Shown here piece by piece: positions 38,314 to 48,591 of a stretch of 64,000 nt of DNA. The stretch comes from Candidatus Hecatella orcuttiae. GTDB lineage: Archaea > Thermoproteota > Bathyarchaeia > Hecatellales > Hecatellaceae. Both the position numbers and the translations under genes were made by a program. The stretch lies in assembly GCA_002011035.2 (NCBI GenBank), contig MTLY02000001.1:471546-535545 (forward strand), given 5' to 3'. The first letter of the stretch is position 1, and each line of letters begins with the position of its first letter. A model generated the notes under the pieces. The model saw nothing but the letters and a program-made list of their open reading frames with translations, was not told where the DNA came from and did no database searches.

Positions 38314-38328
38314 TTCCACACGTGTGGA
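38314..38328. repeat. Palindrome TCCACACGTGTGGA, copy 1
   Basis: Lies within AGCTTCCACACGTGTGGAGGCT between convergent genes; second copy at 52357. Confidence 0.75.
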
Positions 38329-38391
38329 GGCTAGCTTAGCATCTAAGGAAAGGTCCATAAAAAAGGGTGGATAGACGGGTTGTGCCTATTT

Positions 38392-39609
38392 TTATAGGCC
38401 CCAGTGGTCTTCCGGCTGTGTGACGATGGGCTGAATTACCAGTTCCCCGGCGAGGATCCGTTCTTCAAGTACTCTGAGCTCGTCTTTGACTTCCGATGGT
38501 ACGACTTCAGGGAGGTTTATCTTGAACTTCGCTCCCCCTTCAGCCATGCCGGCGTAGTATTCTTTAGCCTCGAATCTGTCCTCCATGACGCTGAGGATTA
38601 TTTCTTCGAAGATCCCGTCGAGGACCCAGTTGGAGCTGGCCAACACCACCTCGGGAGCCCAGTCTATGTCCGGCCTCTCAAACTGCGCTGCGATGAAGTG
38701 TACTCCTTTCTCCGCAGCTCCTGTGGAGGCTCCGGCTGCGTCGGAGAAAATGATGTCGGCTCCTGCTTCGATGAGGGATATGGCAGCCTCCCTTCCCTTG
38801 GGTGGGTCGTACCACGTGAAGATCCATGTTATCTTCACGTCGACGTTGGGGTTGCGCTTTTCACCCCAAGGTATCCCTCCAAAGGCGTCGTAGACTCCTT
38901 GGATGAATCCGTTGAAGTACCTGTTGGCGTTCAGCACAGGATACTGGCCCACGACCCCGATGATGTTGGTCTTAGTCATCTTCCCTGCAAGGTAGCCGCA
39001 CAGGTAGGCGGACTCATGCAGGTAGCTGTCGTAGTGCCCCACATTGGGCGGGATTTTCTCCGGAGGCGGGTAGAGGACATGGAGCTCCGTTCCTCCACCT
39101 GCACCCAACACGACGATGTGGGGATAGTCTCTGGCAATCGCCTTGATGGCGTCAGGATACCAGCTTGTGAACATGATGATGTCGAAGTCTCTCTCCGCGT
39201 AGGACCGCCCCACACGCTCACCTTCCGGAACAGTGACACCTTCTGTAAATTCATAGACGAGACCGTACTTCTCCTTCAGCCTCACCATGGGCTCGTATTG
39301 GGCTAAGTCCCAAGAGTGGGATGTAACCGTCGGCTCAATGTGTATAGCCGCCACCTTCAGCGGCGGTTTCGGCGTCGGAGTCGGTGTAGGCGTAGGAGTC
39401 GGCGTTGGAGTAGGCGTCGGTGTTGGAGTGGGCGTAGGAGTGGGTGTTGGAGTTGGAGTAGGCGTAGGGGTCGGCGTTGGAGTAGGCGTAGGAGCCGGAG
39501 GTCTTGTAGCCTGCCAAGCAGCGTAGCCGCCTACGCCAGCTACCACTGCTGCGACAACCGCGGCGACACCGTATTTGAGGGCGCTTCTCCTAGAAGTCTG
39601 ACCGGCCAA
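38392..39609 (-). CDS. BMP/PnrA-family purine-nucleoside binding protein with Tat-like signal and (PT)20 stalk
   Basis: SRRSALK, TM segment, PT repeat; [15 protein letters not shown] and [17 protein letters not shown] motifs. Confidence 0.88.
   Translation of the reverse strand: MAGQTSRRSALKYGVAAVVAAVVAGVGGYAAWQATRPPAPTPTPTPTPTPTPTPTPTPTPTPTPTPTPTPTPTPTPTPTPKPPLKVAAIHIEPTVTSHSWDLAQYEPMVRLKEKYGLVYEFTEGVTVPEGERVGRSYAERDFDIIMFTSWYPDAIKAIARDYPHIVVLGAGGGTELHVLYPPPEKIPPNVGHYDSYLHESAYLCGYLAGKMTKTNIIGVVGQYPVLNANRYFNGFIQGVYDAFGGIPWGEKRNPNVDVKITWIFTWYDPPKGREAAISLIEAGADIIFSDAAGASTGAAEKGVHFIAAQFERPDIDWAPEVVLASSNWVLDGIFEEIILSVMEDRFEAKEYYAGMAEGGAKFKINLPEVVPSEVKDELRVLEERILAGELVIQPIVTQPEDHWGL
39373..39492 (-). 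repeat. Coding Pro-Thr tandem repeat (20 units, synonymously diverged)
   Basis: CCN-ACN hexamers within the BMP gene. Confidence 0.9.
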
Positions 39610-39797
39610 TTTGACAGAAAACCTCCTTCAAGTAAGGAGGAAGGTTCTCTTCTGCTATTTATCATTTTTGGAGGCCTGAATTTGCTCATCTGCCAGTTTT
39701 CTATAACTGATATCCAAAAAAAAATGGATTGGAAGGTTTCTGAATACCAAAAGATAGATAAAGTCAAGATGAGAAAACTCCGAAGCGGTGAAAAGGA

Positions 39798-41231
39798 ATG
39801 ACTCTGCTCATAGAAGGCGGAATGGTGATCACCAACAACCCAGCCCAGCCTCTTTTGGTAGAAGGCGCTGTGGCGGTGGAGGGAGATAAAATTGTGGCAG
39901 TAGGTAGGGCGGAGGAGGTGAAACGAAATTACACGGCGGAGGAAATTGTAGACGCCCGTGGGAAGCTGGTGATTCCGGGAATGGTGAACGCCCACACTCA
40001 CCTATTTCAGGTGCTCGCCCGCGGACGGTTCGCAGAGGCTACCGCGGCTGTGGCAAGCGCCCCCACCGCGGACAAGGACATGTGGCTGTGGAACATACTG
40101 AAAAAATCCATGTTCCCTACCTCAGCAGTTTTAACGGTGAAAGACTTGGTCGCTGGAACGCATCTCGCCTGCGTTGAAATGGTGAGAAGCGGCATCACCT
40201 GCGTGGTGGACAACCACTACGGGCCCACGGATAAGGCCACAGTGGTGAAGCTGGCCGAGGCCCTGGAGAAATTCGGAATGAGAAGCGTGATCGCCAGAGG
40301 AATAGCCCCCAAGGAAAAACCTCCGCTGGCTGACAAGGTGAGGATTCCCGGGCATGTTTTCAAGTACTCCTCCGAGGAGGAGCTGAGGATTACGGAGGAA
40401 TGCATCTTGGAGGTGAACCGCCAAAGCAGCCTCATCCAAGTCTGGCCGGCGCCCCTTTCTGAAATGTACATATCCCCTGAGTTTTACGCTAAAACCCATG
40501 AGCTTGCGAAGAAATACGATGTGGGCATCCATACGCACATGGTCGAAGGCACCGCTGACCCTAAGCTGTATGTGGAGGAATACGGTAGGAGGCCGGTGGA
40601 GCTGCTTTACGAGCTAGGCGTCCTGTTCCCGAAGTTTCAAATGGCCCACGGCACATGGCTGTCAGATGTCGAGATCGAACTGATAGGGAAAACCGGAGCC
40701 ACCGTGGTGCACAACCCCTTCAGCAACGCCCTAGGTTACAGTCCGGGAGTGGCTCCGATACCTAAGCTCTTGGAGAAAGGAGGCAACGTAGCCCTAGGAA
40801 CCGACGGGGTGTTCGAAAACATGTTCGAAGCCCTCAAGATGGCCATAGGCCTTCAAAGGGTAACCCACCTCGACCCCTTCGCTCTACCAGCGGACAAGGT
40901 TTTCGAGCTGGCAACCTTAGGCGGGGCGAGGGCTTTGGGGCTTGAAAAGCAGCTGGGCTCCCTGGAGCCGGGAAAGAAAGCAGATCTAGTGGTCGTGGAC
41001 GTGAAAAAGCCGTATCTTACTCCTCTTTCCCGGGAGGTAACAGCCTGCGGCCTGCTCTACCACCTGATCCTCTTCGGCACCGGCACGGAGGTTGATACAG
41101 CCGTCATCAACGGAAAGATCGTCTTAGAGGAGGGAGTGATCAAGCCGGTTGACGAGGCTCGCGTGCGGGAGGAGGCTCAAGAGGCAGCCGACGACTTGGC
41201 TCAAAGGTTCACCGAAGCCGATGTGCTGTGA
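39798..41231 (+). CDS. Amidohydrolase, MTA/SAH/purine-deaminase-like (paralog A)
   Basis: PGMVNAHTHLFQ, HTHMVE, MAHG, HNP.SN, LGTDG and GSLEPGKKAD motifs. Confidence 0.88.
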   Translation: MTLLIEGGMVITNNPAQPLLVEGAVAVEGDKIVAVGRAEEVKRNYTAEEIVDARGKLVIPGMVNAHTHLFQVLARGRFAEATAAVASAPTADKDMWLWNILKKSMFPTSAVLTVKDLVAGTHLACVEMVRSGITCVVDNHYGPTDKATVVKLAEALEKFGMRSVIARGIAPKEKPPLADKVRIPGHVFKYSSEEELRITEECILEVNRQSSLIQVWPAPLSEMYISPEFYAKTHELAKKYDVGIHTHMVEGTADPKLYVEEYGRRPVELLYELGVLFPKFQMAHGTWLSDVEIELIGKTGATVVHNPFSNALGYSPGVAPIPKLLEKGGNVALGTDGVFENMFEALKMAIGLQRVTHLDPFALPADKVFELATLGGARALGLEKQLGSLEPGKKADLVVVDVKKPYLTPLSREVTACGLLYHLILFGTGTEVDTAVINGKIVLEEGVIKPVDEARVREEAQEAADDLAQRFTEADVL

Positions 41232-41252
41232 GGCTTGCGGAAAGCCCTATTT

Positions 41253-42638
41253 TCAAGCCTGTAAGGGTACGCCTAGGTCTGCCAGCTGCCTTTTCACTTC
41301 CCTGTAGAGGCTCAGCCACTCCTCCGTTGGCTTAAGCGTCTTCAGGTTGTAACATTCCATGAAGGTCTTACCTAAAGGCGGGTTTCTCAGCTTCTCCTCG
41401 TATCTTGGGAGAATGGCCTTCACTACGTCATTAGCCTCGGTGCGCTTCATCCCCGCGCATGATTTGGAGACCTCCGCTGCGAACTTCTGCTCCAAAGGAG
41501 TGATGTGATCCACATGCTTCCCGCCCGCTGAACGGTTGCCGCATTGAACCGCGCAGCCCGAGGCGACCTGCTCCAAGGCGCCCGCCGCCATCTCGTAGAG
41601 AACCTCGCGAGTGCATGGGCCTGAAACCTGACTGGTCACACCTCCTATAAGAAGATGAGTGTTCCTGCTCACAGCCTGCTCCGCCACGCTGGCCGCCCAG
41701 AGGGCGTCCCGGCCTACGTTTCCCCCATACCTGACGTCGTAGATCACCCCGGAGATGAGAGCGCACCTGTGAACTAGAAGCTGAAGTAGCACAGCTGCCA
41801 CCGCCGCCAGAGCTGCCCCCTCAGGGGGGCCCACGTAGCCTCCTATCATGGACCAGTGGCCGCCGTAGATGTAGCTTCCGTTACCTTGAATCCTCACAAC
41901 CTTGTGGAGCAAGCCGTAGGAGGTTTTTAACTCCGTGACGGCGAGGGCGAGCCCCATGTCGCTTCGCGCGTAACCGTGGAGGGCACCGTAGCCGCCTAAG
42001 AGGCCGTACTCTGTGGGGCTGAGGGCGACTCCTATGATCGGCGCGCCTAGCCTGCCGGCTCTTCTGAGGGCTTCCTTCACCTTGGCTGCCTCGTTTATTC
42101 CGGCTAGGCTTTCATAGGGTGAACCCGCTAGGATAGGCCGCCCGTGGAGGGTGGAAGTTGTCAAGGGGGTCACCAGGTCGATGATTTTTAACGACGCCAT
42201 GGCTTGCATCAGCTCCATGTAATGCTCCTCTGAAACCACTCCGAACCCGGACCTGAAGAGGGGAGGCTGAGGGTCTTCAGGCTTCCTAGCCTTGACCACC
42301 AATTTCTCCGTGCCTTCCCCGATGGTTATTTCGCTGGGGGCTTGGTAGCGTATTGCCTCCTTCAACTCTTCTTCGGTGAACTTGATCGTTCTCTCCGTGT
42401 CCAAGCAGAGCATGCCTGTGTCCGCGGCGAATTCGAAGCCGGCTTTCCAGAATTCGTCTGCGAGGGTGTCGTCAGTGTTTACGGAGTTCGCGGGGTCGCA
42501 TGTCTTAGTCAGGCCGTGCTCCCTAAGCTTTTCCTTGACATGGGTGGGTATGATGTGCTTGTCCCATTTTTCAACTTCGCAGACAGGGCCCGAGTGCGCC
42601 CGGTCTAAGACTTCTAGAAAACTCACCACGCAGACCAC
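41253..42638 (-). CDS. mtmB: MtmB-family corrinoid methyltransferase, pyrrolysine-free (copy 1)
   Basis: DRAHSGP, LADEF..AG, AGR.G, ELK, IGGY.G..EG and SGPCT motifs; Ile at the Pyl position; no in-frame TAG. Confidence 0.85.
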   Translation of the reverse strand: MVCVVSFLEVLDRAHSGPVCEVEKWDKHIIPTHVKEKLREHGLTKTCDPANSVNTDDTLADEFWKAGFEFAADTGMLCLDTERTIKFTEEELKEAIRYQAPSEITIGEGTEKLVVKARKPEDPQPPLFRSGFGVVSEEHYMELMQAMASLKIIDLVTPLTTSTLHGRPILAGSPYESLAGINEAAKVKEALRRAGRLGAPIIGVALSPTEYGLLGGYGALHGYARSDMGLALAVTELKTSYGLLHKVVRIQGNGSYIYGGHWSMIGGYVGPPEGAALAAVAAVLLQLLVHRCALISGVIYDVRYGGNVGRDALWAASVAEQAVSRNTHLLIGGVTSQVSGPCTREVLYEMAAGALEQVASGCAVQCGNRSAGGKHVDHITPLEQKFAAEVSKSCAGMKRTEANDVVKAILPRYEEKLRNPPLGKTFMECYNLKTLKPTEEWLSLYREVKRQLADLGVPLQA

Positions 42639-42740
42639 CGGTGGGAAGGTTATTTTGGACGATTATATAAACTCTAACAGCAAAGCTTAAACACCTAAGG
42701 CTGAAAAACAGTAGGTCGAAGGTGGAACGGTGAAAAAAGC

Positions 42741-44168
42741 ATGAGTATCCTGGTTGAAGGCGGAATCATGGTTACAAACGACCCTTCCAAGCCCGTGGTG
42801 AAAGACGGCGCTGTGGCGGTGGAGGGAGATAAAATTGTGGCGGTGGGTAGGGCGGAGGAGGTGAAACGGAATTACGCGGCGGAGGAAATTGTAGACGCCC
42901 GTGGGAAGCTGGTGATTCCGGGAATGGTGAACGCCCACACTCACATGTTCCAAGCCCTCGGGCGCAGCATGTATTCTTCGCTGCTGGGCAGCATGGACAC
43001 TGTGGATAAGGACATGTGGCTGTGGAACCTGCTGGAGAGGTTCCTGTTCCCCCTTTCCCAAGTTCTAACAGTGGAGGATGTAGTCACTGGAGCGAACCTT
43101 GCCTGCGTTGAAATGGTGAGAAGCGGCATCACCTGCGTGGTGGACAACCACTACGGGCCCACGGATAAGGCCACAGTGGTGAAGCTGGCCGAGGCCCTGG
43201 AGAAATTCGGAATGAGAAGCGTGATCGCCAGAGGAATAGCCCCCAAGGAAAAACCTCCGCTGGCTGACAAGGTGAGGATTCCCGGGCATGTTTTCAAGTA
43301 CTCCTCCGAGGAGGAGCTGAGGATTACGGAGGAATGCATCTTGGAGGTGAACCGCCAAAGCAGCCTCATCCAAGTCTGGCCGGCGCCTCTTAACGAGATG
43401 TACACCTATCCCGAAACGATAAGGAAAGCCTACGAGCTCGCGGAAAAACACGGCGTAGGCCTGCACACCCACATTCAAGAGGCCGGTAATGAAACAAGGC
43501 TGTATACTGAGGAGTACGGGAAAAAGCCCGTGGAGCTCCTCTACGAGCTGGGTGTTCTTTCCCCCAAGTTTCACATTGTTCACGGCATATACCTCACGGA
43601 AGAGGAAATCGACCTCGCCGGAAAAACCGGAGCCACCGTGGTGCATAACCCTTGGAGCAACGCATGCTTCGGCACAGGAGTAGCTCCGATACCTCGGCTG
43701 GTGGAGAAAGGCGCCAACATCGCCCTCGGCACGGATGGGGTGTACGAGAACATGTTTGAAGCCCTCAAGATGGCTTCCGGCCTTCAGGGAGCTGTCCACG
43801 CTAACCCTGTGTTGATGCCCGCGGACAAGGTTTTCGAATTTGCAACGCTGGGCGGGGCGAGGGCTTTGGGGCTTGAAAAGCAGCTGGGCTCCCTGGAGCC
43901 GGGAAAGAAAGCAGACCTAGTGGTCGTAAACGTGAAAAAGCCGAATATGATGCCCTTCCCTTGGGATGCATCCGCCCGCGGCCTAGCCTACCACCTCATC
44001 CTCTTCGGTGTAAGCGCCTACGTGGACGCTGTCATCATCAACGGAAAGACCATTATGGAAAACGGGGTGCTTAAAACCGTCGACGAGGACTCTGTGCTGG
44101 AAAAAGCCCAAGAGACAGCCGAGAGCCTGAGAGAAAGAGTGTCATCGGTCACAGCCGGTAAACTCTGA
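42741..44168 (+). CDS. Amidohydrolase, deaminase-like (paralog B)
   Basis: NAHTHMFQ, HTHIQE and LGTDG motifs; shares identical DNA tracts with paralog A. Confidence 0.88.
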   Translation: MSILVEGGIMVTNDPSKPVVKDGAVAVEGDKIVAVGRAEEVKRNYAAEEIVDARGKLVIPGMVNAHTHMFQALGRSMYSSLLGSMDTVDKDMWLWNLLERFLFPLSQVLTVEDVVTGANLACVEMVRSGITCVVDNHYGPTDKATVVKLAEALEKFGMRSVIARGIAPKEKPPLADKVRIPGHVFKYSSEEELRITEECILEVNRQSSLIQVWPAPLNEMYTYPETIRKAYELAEKHGVGLHTHIQEAGNETRLYTEEYGKKPVELLYELGVLSPKFHIVHGIYLTEEEIDLAGKTGATVVHNPWSNACFGTGVAPIPRLVEKGANIALGTDGVYENMFEALKMASGLQGAVHANPVLMPADKVFEFATLGGARALGLEKQLGSLEPGKKADLVVVNVKKPNMMPFPWDASARGLAYHLILFGVSAYVDAVIINGKTIMENGVLKTVDEDSVLEKAQETAESLRERVSSVTAGKL

Positions 44169-44239
44169 TACGCAGAGAAAACCGATCGGCTTCCAGCTCT
44201 TTCCTCCCACTCCAAGACTTGGATGAGTTCGATTAGAGC

Positions 44240-45301
44240 CTACTTGTAACGCCCATACTTCTCTGCTGATTCAACCATTTTTTTGACGTTCACGGCGGGC
44301 GTTCGGTAGGGGATGATGTAGCTGCTTGACAGCAGATAGGCTCCTCCCGCGCCGCCTTTTCTTATGGCTTCCTTGCACTGGTCTTCAACCTCCCCTGGAG
44401 AGCCGTAGAGTAAGGTTTCCTCTTTGATGTTGCCCATCAGCGCCACCCGTCTCCCGACCTTTTCCTTCGCTACACCTAGGTCGGTTTTTCCAAGGCTTAA
44501 CACGTCTGCGCCCACCTCCGCCATCCTTTCAAGGGAAATCTCAGCGTTTCCGCAGCAGTGGAGAATGTATCCCGCTCCAGCCTCGTGCACAGCGTCTGCC
44601 AGCTTCTTGGCGTAGACACCGTTCACCTCCCAGCCCAAGTCAGGGCCTAGCACGTTTTCCGCAAACCAGTCTTCCGCGCTTATTATCCACCGGCATCCAG
44701 CCTCCACCTGCGCCTTGCAGAAGGCTACGGCGCATTCGGTGACGAATTCCATGTACCGACGCTGAAAATCCCGGTTTCGAACCACGTCGACCATGACGTT
44801 CTTCGGCCCCCTGAGATATTCAGCCCAGTAGCTCAGCCCTCCGAATCCTCCGAGGACCGCCGCCTGAGAGCCTACCTCACGGCTGAGAATCTCAGCAGCC
44901 TTGATCCGGGAGGGCATGGAGCCGTCTTTTCTGGGGTTCGGCTTCTCAAGGTCGTCTAGGTCCTCCTCCCTCGTGAGCAGGGGTTTGGAGCAGTCCACGT
45001 AAGGTTCACCCCTCTCGGATATGACCACTTCAAGGCCGAAAGCGTCTACTCCGCAGACAGTCCAGAGAAAGCTGCAGACGTTGTCGGATCCGAACATCTC
45101 CCGCCCTCGGAGCATCGCTTTCGCTATTCCTTCCGCGTCCCAAAAAATATCCTTCCAAGTTAAGCCTAGAGAATCAAGCACAGTATGAGCAGCTCCTAAG
45201 CCGTAGTACACCACAGGAACCCTGTCGGGGATACCTCTCTTCGCAGCCTTCTCAAACCGCTCCCTGCTGCTCAGCATAAGCCCGCGATCCCCGGCTGCCA
45301 A
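44240..45301 (-). CDS. URO-D/MT2-family (MtbA/MtaA-like) methyltransferase
   Basis: PDRVPV, ILHCCG, ALMGNI and GSP.EV...C motifs; adjacent to the corrinoid protein. Confidence 0.82.
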   Translation of the reverse strand: MAAGDRGLMLSSRERFEKAAKRGIPDRVPVVYYGLGAAHTVLDSLGLTWKDIFWDAEGIAKAMLRGREMFGSDNVCSFLWTVCGVDAFGLEVVISERGEPYVDCSKPLLTREEDLDDLEKPNPRKDGSMPSRIKAAEILSREVGSQAAVLGGFGGLSYWAEYLRGPKNVMVDVVRNRDFQRRYMEFVTECAVAFCKAQVEAGCRWIISAEDWFAENVLGPDLGWEVNGVYAKKLADAVHEAGAGYILHCCGNAEISLERMAEVGADVLSLGKTDLGVAKEKVGRRVALMGNIKEETLLYGSPGEVEDQCKEAIRKGGAGGAYLLSSSYIIPYRTPAVNVKKMVESAEKYGRYK

Positions 45302-45369
45302 TTACCAAAAAAATCGATGGGCGAGGCTGGACTTCAGCCGATGCCAGCCTCAGCGGCGCCATGCGCCTT

Positions 45370-46071
45370 CTAAGCGGAGGTAATGCCTTTTATCACAGGC
45401 TTTTTCAGCTCTCGCCCTCTTTCTATCAGGCTTCTGCAGAGTTCCGGGGCGTCCTCCGCGTTCTTACCCCAGCCGTCCGCTGCTATTTCCTCCGCCCACC
45501 TAGTTGTGACGGAGGCTCCTCCAACGATGACGTAATGGTCTTCCCTGATTCCCATATCTTGAAGCAGAGCCACCGTCTCTTTTTGGTAGTAGAGGGATGA
45601 AGTCAGCAGGCTGGACATTCCTATGATGTCCGCCTTCACCTTCCTAGCTTCCTCAACGAATTTTTTAGGGTGCACATCCACCCCAAGGTCATGGACCTCA
45701 AAGCCGCCGCTTTCCAGCATGGCCACGACAAGGTTCTTCCCGATATCGTGGATGTCACCGTACACGGTGCCGATGACCACGACGCCCTTCCTCATATCAG
45801 CCATCTCCTCCTTGGAAAGGCGGGACTTTAAAACCTCCAACCCAGCCTTCATGGCGTCCGCTGCCAACATGACTTGGGGCAGGAAAATTTCGAAGTTGTG
45901 AAACTTCTCCCCTATCACAGCCATGCCTTTGGCGAGGCCTTCATTTATGGCCTTGGTGGGGCCTACTATGTCCGCTGCTTCCTCCGCCGCCGCCTTTGCA
46001 GCTTGCTCGTCGCCGTTTATCACAGCTTCTTCGAGACGTTTTAAAACAATCGATTCATCCTTAGCGCTCAT
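45370..46071 (-). CDS. Corrinoid protein (MtmC/MtbC-like)
   Basis: Cap domain IFLPQVMLAA; GDIHDIGKNLV, DLGVDV, SSLLT and VGGA motifs. Confidence 0.93.
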   Translation of the reverse strand: MSAKDESIVLKRLEEAVINGDEQAAKAAAEEAADIVGPTKAINEGLAKGMAVIGEKFHNFEIFLPQVMLAADAMKAGLEVLKSRLSKEEMADMRKGVVVIGTVYGDIHDIGKNLVVAMLESGGFEVHDLGVDVHPKKFVEEARKVKADIIGMSSLLTSSLYYQKETVALLQDMGIREDHYVIVGGASVTTRWAEEIAADGWGKNAEDAPELCRSLIERGRELKKPVIKGITSA

Positions 46072-46241
46072 GGTGTATATTTTTCAGCCATGGGTATTTA
46101 AACATCACCGCATCGATAATGAAGCACACACCCGTCTTCCCGGGCAAAAAAAGGGTTATAACATACATATATGGCCATAGGTTTTCTGGGCGAGGCGCCC
46201 GCCTTTTCCAGCTTGATAACGACTTGGATGCATGCGTGTGT

Positions 46242-48185
46242 CTAACCGTATCCCGGCGGCTTCTTTCTAGGAGTGGGGGAGGTTACCTGTAGCAGTTTTT
46301 CTTCCAGTTCCTCTGCCACTTCTCCCAAGCCCAGCTCTAAAAGTTTCTGCTTTGCGGGCAGGCCGCTTTCAATATTCCATCCTCGCAACGTGTAATATTC
46401 TCTCAGCATCTCTTCCAACTCTACCACCTGCCCCTTCGCCGGACCCTTCGGGGAGGGCTCCTTCGTCAGACGTTCAGGCAGAATGTCGTCCTTGCGGCTT
46501 ATTCCTTCCCGAGCATTGAAGGCTCGGTTGAGGTTTACGATGCGTTCGCCGATGAGGCGTAATCTTTCCTCAGAAACGTTCATGCCGCAGGTTAGTTTCA
46601 GAGCTTTGGAGATGTCATCGTAGTAGTAGACGGGGGGAATCTGGGTTCCGTACTTGCACACTCCCACGGACTCAACCACGACCATGTAATCCTCGCATTC
46701 CTTGACCATCAGCCCCTTGTACTTCGGGTTCAACCTATCCGCTATTTCCGGCAGGTACTCTTTTCCAAACCTCTCCTCTATCGTATCCTTGAAGCTCACT
46801 TCGTCGAGCACTGGGAAAGCGTAGAGGTGGTCTGCGCCCCTCGCCGCTGTGACGGCGGCCAGCCCCATGGATTTCTGGGCTCTGGGCTCCTGGGCTGCTA
46901 TCTCCTGTTTCTTAACGTGCATGACATATTTCTCCGAGCCTCTCCCAATTTTCCTAGCCGCCCGGTAGCTTCCCTCCGCAAGCAGGTCTCCGAAGCCTTT
47001 CCGCTTGGCTATCATGGTGATCAGCTGGATTAGGGTTTCATAGTTTCCCCAAGAGAGGTCTATTCCGCCTGTGTCTTTCTTGGTGAGAATGCCTACGTCG
47101 TAGCATTCCATGGCCCACGATATAGTTGCACCGGTGGATATGCCGTCCATGCCGTAGGCGTTACAAAGGTAGTGAGCGAAGAGCACAGCTTCCACATTCG
47201 ACACACCGCACCGGGAACCTAGGCTGCTCTGAGTTTCAAACTCCGGGCTTCCGCCTATGAAGGCGAAGGGCCCCTTATCCACTTTGGTGTAGCGGCCGCA
47301 CCGCTGCACACAGGAGAAGCATGCTCGAGGTTTCACCAAGTACTTCTTTCGGATGGTTTCGCCGCTGATTTTTTCATATTCTTCGAAGACTCCCTGACGC
47401 ATGTTGTAGGTGGGAAGCCGGCCGATCTCCTGCATGAGCTCGATGAGGTAGGTGGTGCCATACTTCACCCGCCCCTCGGTGAAGGGGTGGGCGAGCATTC
47501 TTTTCTGCAGCTCGTCAATGAACTCCAGATATTTGTCAGCCTCAGCGACCTCGATATCTTTGCTTCCGCGGACAACTATAGCCTTCAGTTTTTTAGACCC
47601 CATCACCGCCCCGAGGCCGGAGCGAGCTGCGCAGCGTTCTCTATCATTCATTATGGCGGCGTAGCGCACCAGATTCTCGCCTGCAGGGCCTATGGAGGCT
47701 ACTTTAACATAGGGGTCCCCCATGTCTTTCCTCAGAATGTCGTCGGTTTCATGGGTGGTTTTACCCCAGAGGTCCCCTGCCTCTTTAAGCTCCACCGCAT
47801 CGTCGTCGATCCTCAAGTACACAGGCTTGGCTGAGCGTCCTTCAACGACGATGGCGTCGTATCCCGCATATTTCAGCTCCGGCCCCCAGTGGCCTGCAGC
47901 GTGGGACTCCCCCCAGATCTCTGTCAGGGGAGACTTCGCAGCGACCACATACCGTGAAGCTTGGGGGAACAAGGTGCCTGTCAGAGGGCCTGTTGCAAAC
48001 ATCAGAACGTTCTCCGGGCTTAGAGGGTCTGTTCCGGGTTTAATCCTATCGTATAGAATCCTAGAGCAGAACCCTGCTCCTCCCAGGTACTCTAAAGCCA
48101 GCTTTTCGTCGAGGGGAACTTTCTTCAGCTTCCCGGTGGTGAGGTTGACGTGTAGAAACAGGCCTGCGTAGCCTTTAAACTTCAC
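46242..48185 (-). CDS. aor: Tungsten-dependent aldehyde:ferredoxin oxidoreductase family protein
   Basis: KSPLT, IGPAGENLVRYA, GLGAVMGSKKLKA, CFSCVQRC, RGADH and YY.LRGW motifs. Confidence 0.92.
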   Translation of the reverse strand: MKFKGYAGLFLHVNLTTGKLKKVPLDEKLALEYLGGAGFCSRILYDRIKPGTDPLSPENVLMFATGPLTGTLFPQASRYVVAAKSPLTEIWGESHAAGHWGPELKYAGYDAIVVEGRSAKPVYLRIDDDAVELKEAGDLWGKTTHETDDILRKDMGDPYVKVASIGPAGENLVRYAAIMNDRERCAARSGLGAVMGSKKLKAIVVRGSKDIEVAEADKYLEFIDELQKRMLAHPFTEGRVKYGTTYLIELMQEIGRLPTYNMRQGVFEEYEKISGETIRKKYLVKPRACFSCVQRCGRYTKVDKGPFAFIGGSPEFETQSSLGSRCGVSNVEAVLFAHYLCNAYGMDGISTGATISWAMECYDVGILTKKDTGGIDLSWGNYETLIQLITMIAKRKGFGDLLAEGSYRAARKIGRGSEKYVMHVKKQEIAAQEPRAQKSMGLAAVTAARGADHLYAFPVLDEVSFKDTIEERFGKEYLPEIADRLNPKYKGLMVKECEDYMVVVESVGVCKYGTQIPPVYYYDDISKALKLTCGMNVSEERLRLIGERIVNLNRAFNAREGISRKDDILPERLTKEPSPKGPAKGQVVELEEMLREYYTLRGWNIESGLPAKQKLLELGLGEVAEELEEKLLQVTSPTPRKKPPGYG

Positions 48186-48188
48186 AGC

Positions 48189-48587
48189 TCATTCACCTTT
48201 GACTATTTCTAAGCACCTAACCGGGCATTGTTTCACGCAGAAACCGCATAGAGTGCAGTTTATCGCCACATGCCTGCTGGGATGCATGAATATAGCGTCA
48301 TAGGGGCATGCGTCCACGCATAAGGTGCAGCCGGTGCATTTTTTTTGGTTGATGACGACCAAGCCGGTTTTTTCGACTTTCCTGATAGCTCCCTCCGGGC
48401 AGGCCTCGATGCAGGCCGGCTTTTCGCAGTGCCTACAAGCCACTGGAATATCTTGGCCTTCCTCCCGGCGTACAACTCTAACTCTGGCTTTTTTCGGGTT
48501 CAGCACATGTTCATGGAGGAAGGCGCAGGAAAGCTCACAAATCCGGCAGCCGGTGCATTCCAAGGGGTCAGCGTGTAAGTAAGGCAT
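48189..48587 (-). CDS. Polyferredoxin (4x[4Fe-4S]) subunit partnering the AOR
   Basis: CTGCRICELSC, CRHCEKPAC...CP, CTGCTLCVDACP and CTLCGFCVKQCP motifs. Confidence 0.9.
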   Translation of the reverse strand: MPYLHADPLECTGCRICELSCAFLHEHVLNPKKARVRVVRREEGQDIPVACRHCEKPACIEACPEGAIRKVEKTGLVVINQKKCTGCTLCVDACPYDAIFMHPSRHVAINCTLCGFCVKQCPVRCLEIVKGE

Positions 48588-48591
48588 GATG

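Noticed and set aside
39287-39801. Hexamer repeat as CRISPR or VNTR, and the GV- or RS-rich antisense ORFs
   Set aside because: It is the coding (Pro-Thr)20 linker of the BMP gene with synonymous variation and no spacers; the same applies to the PT linker around 23350-23480.
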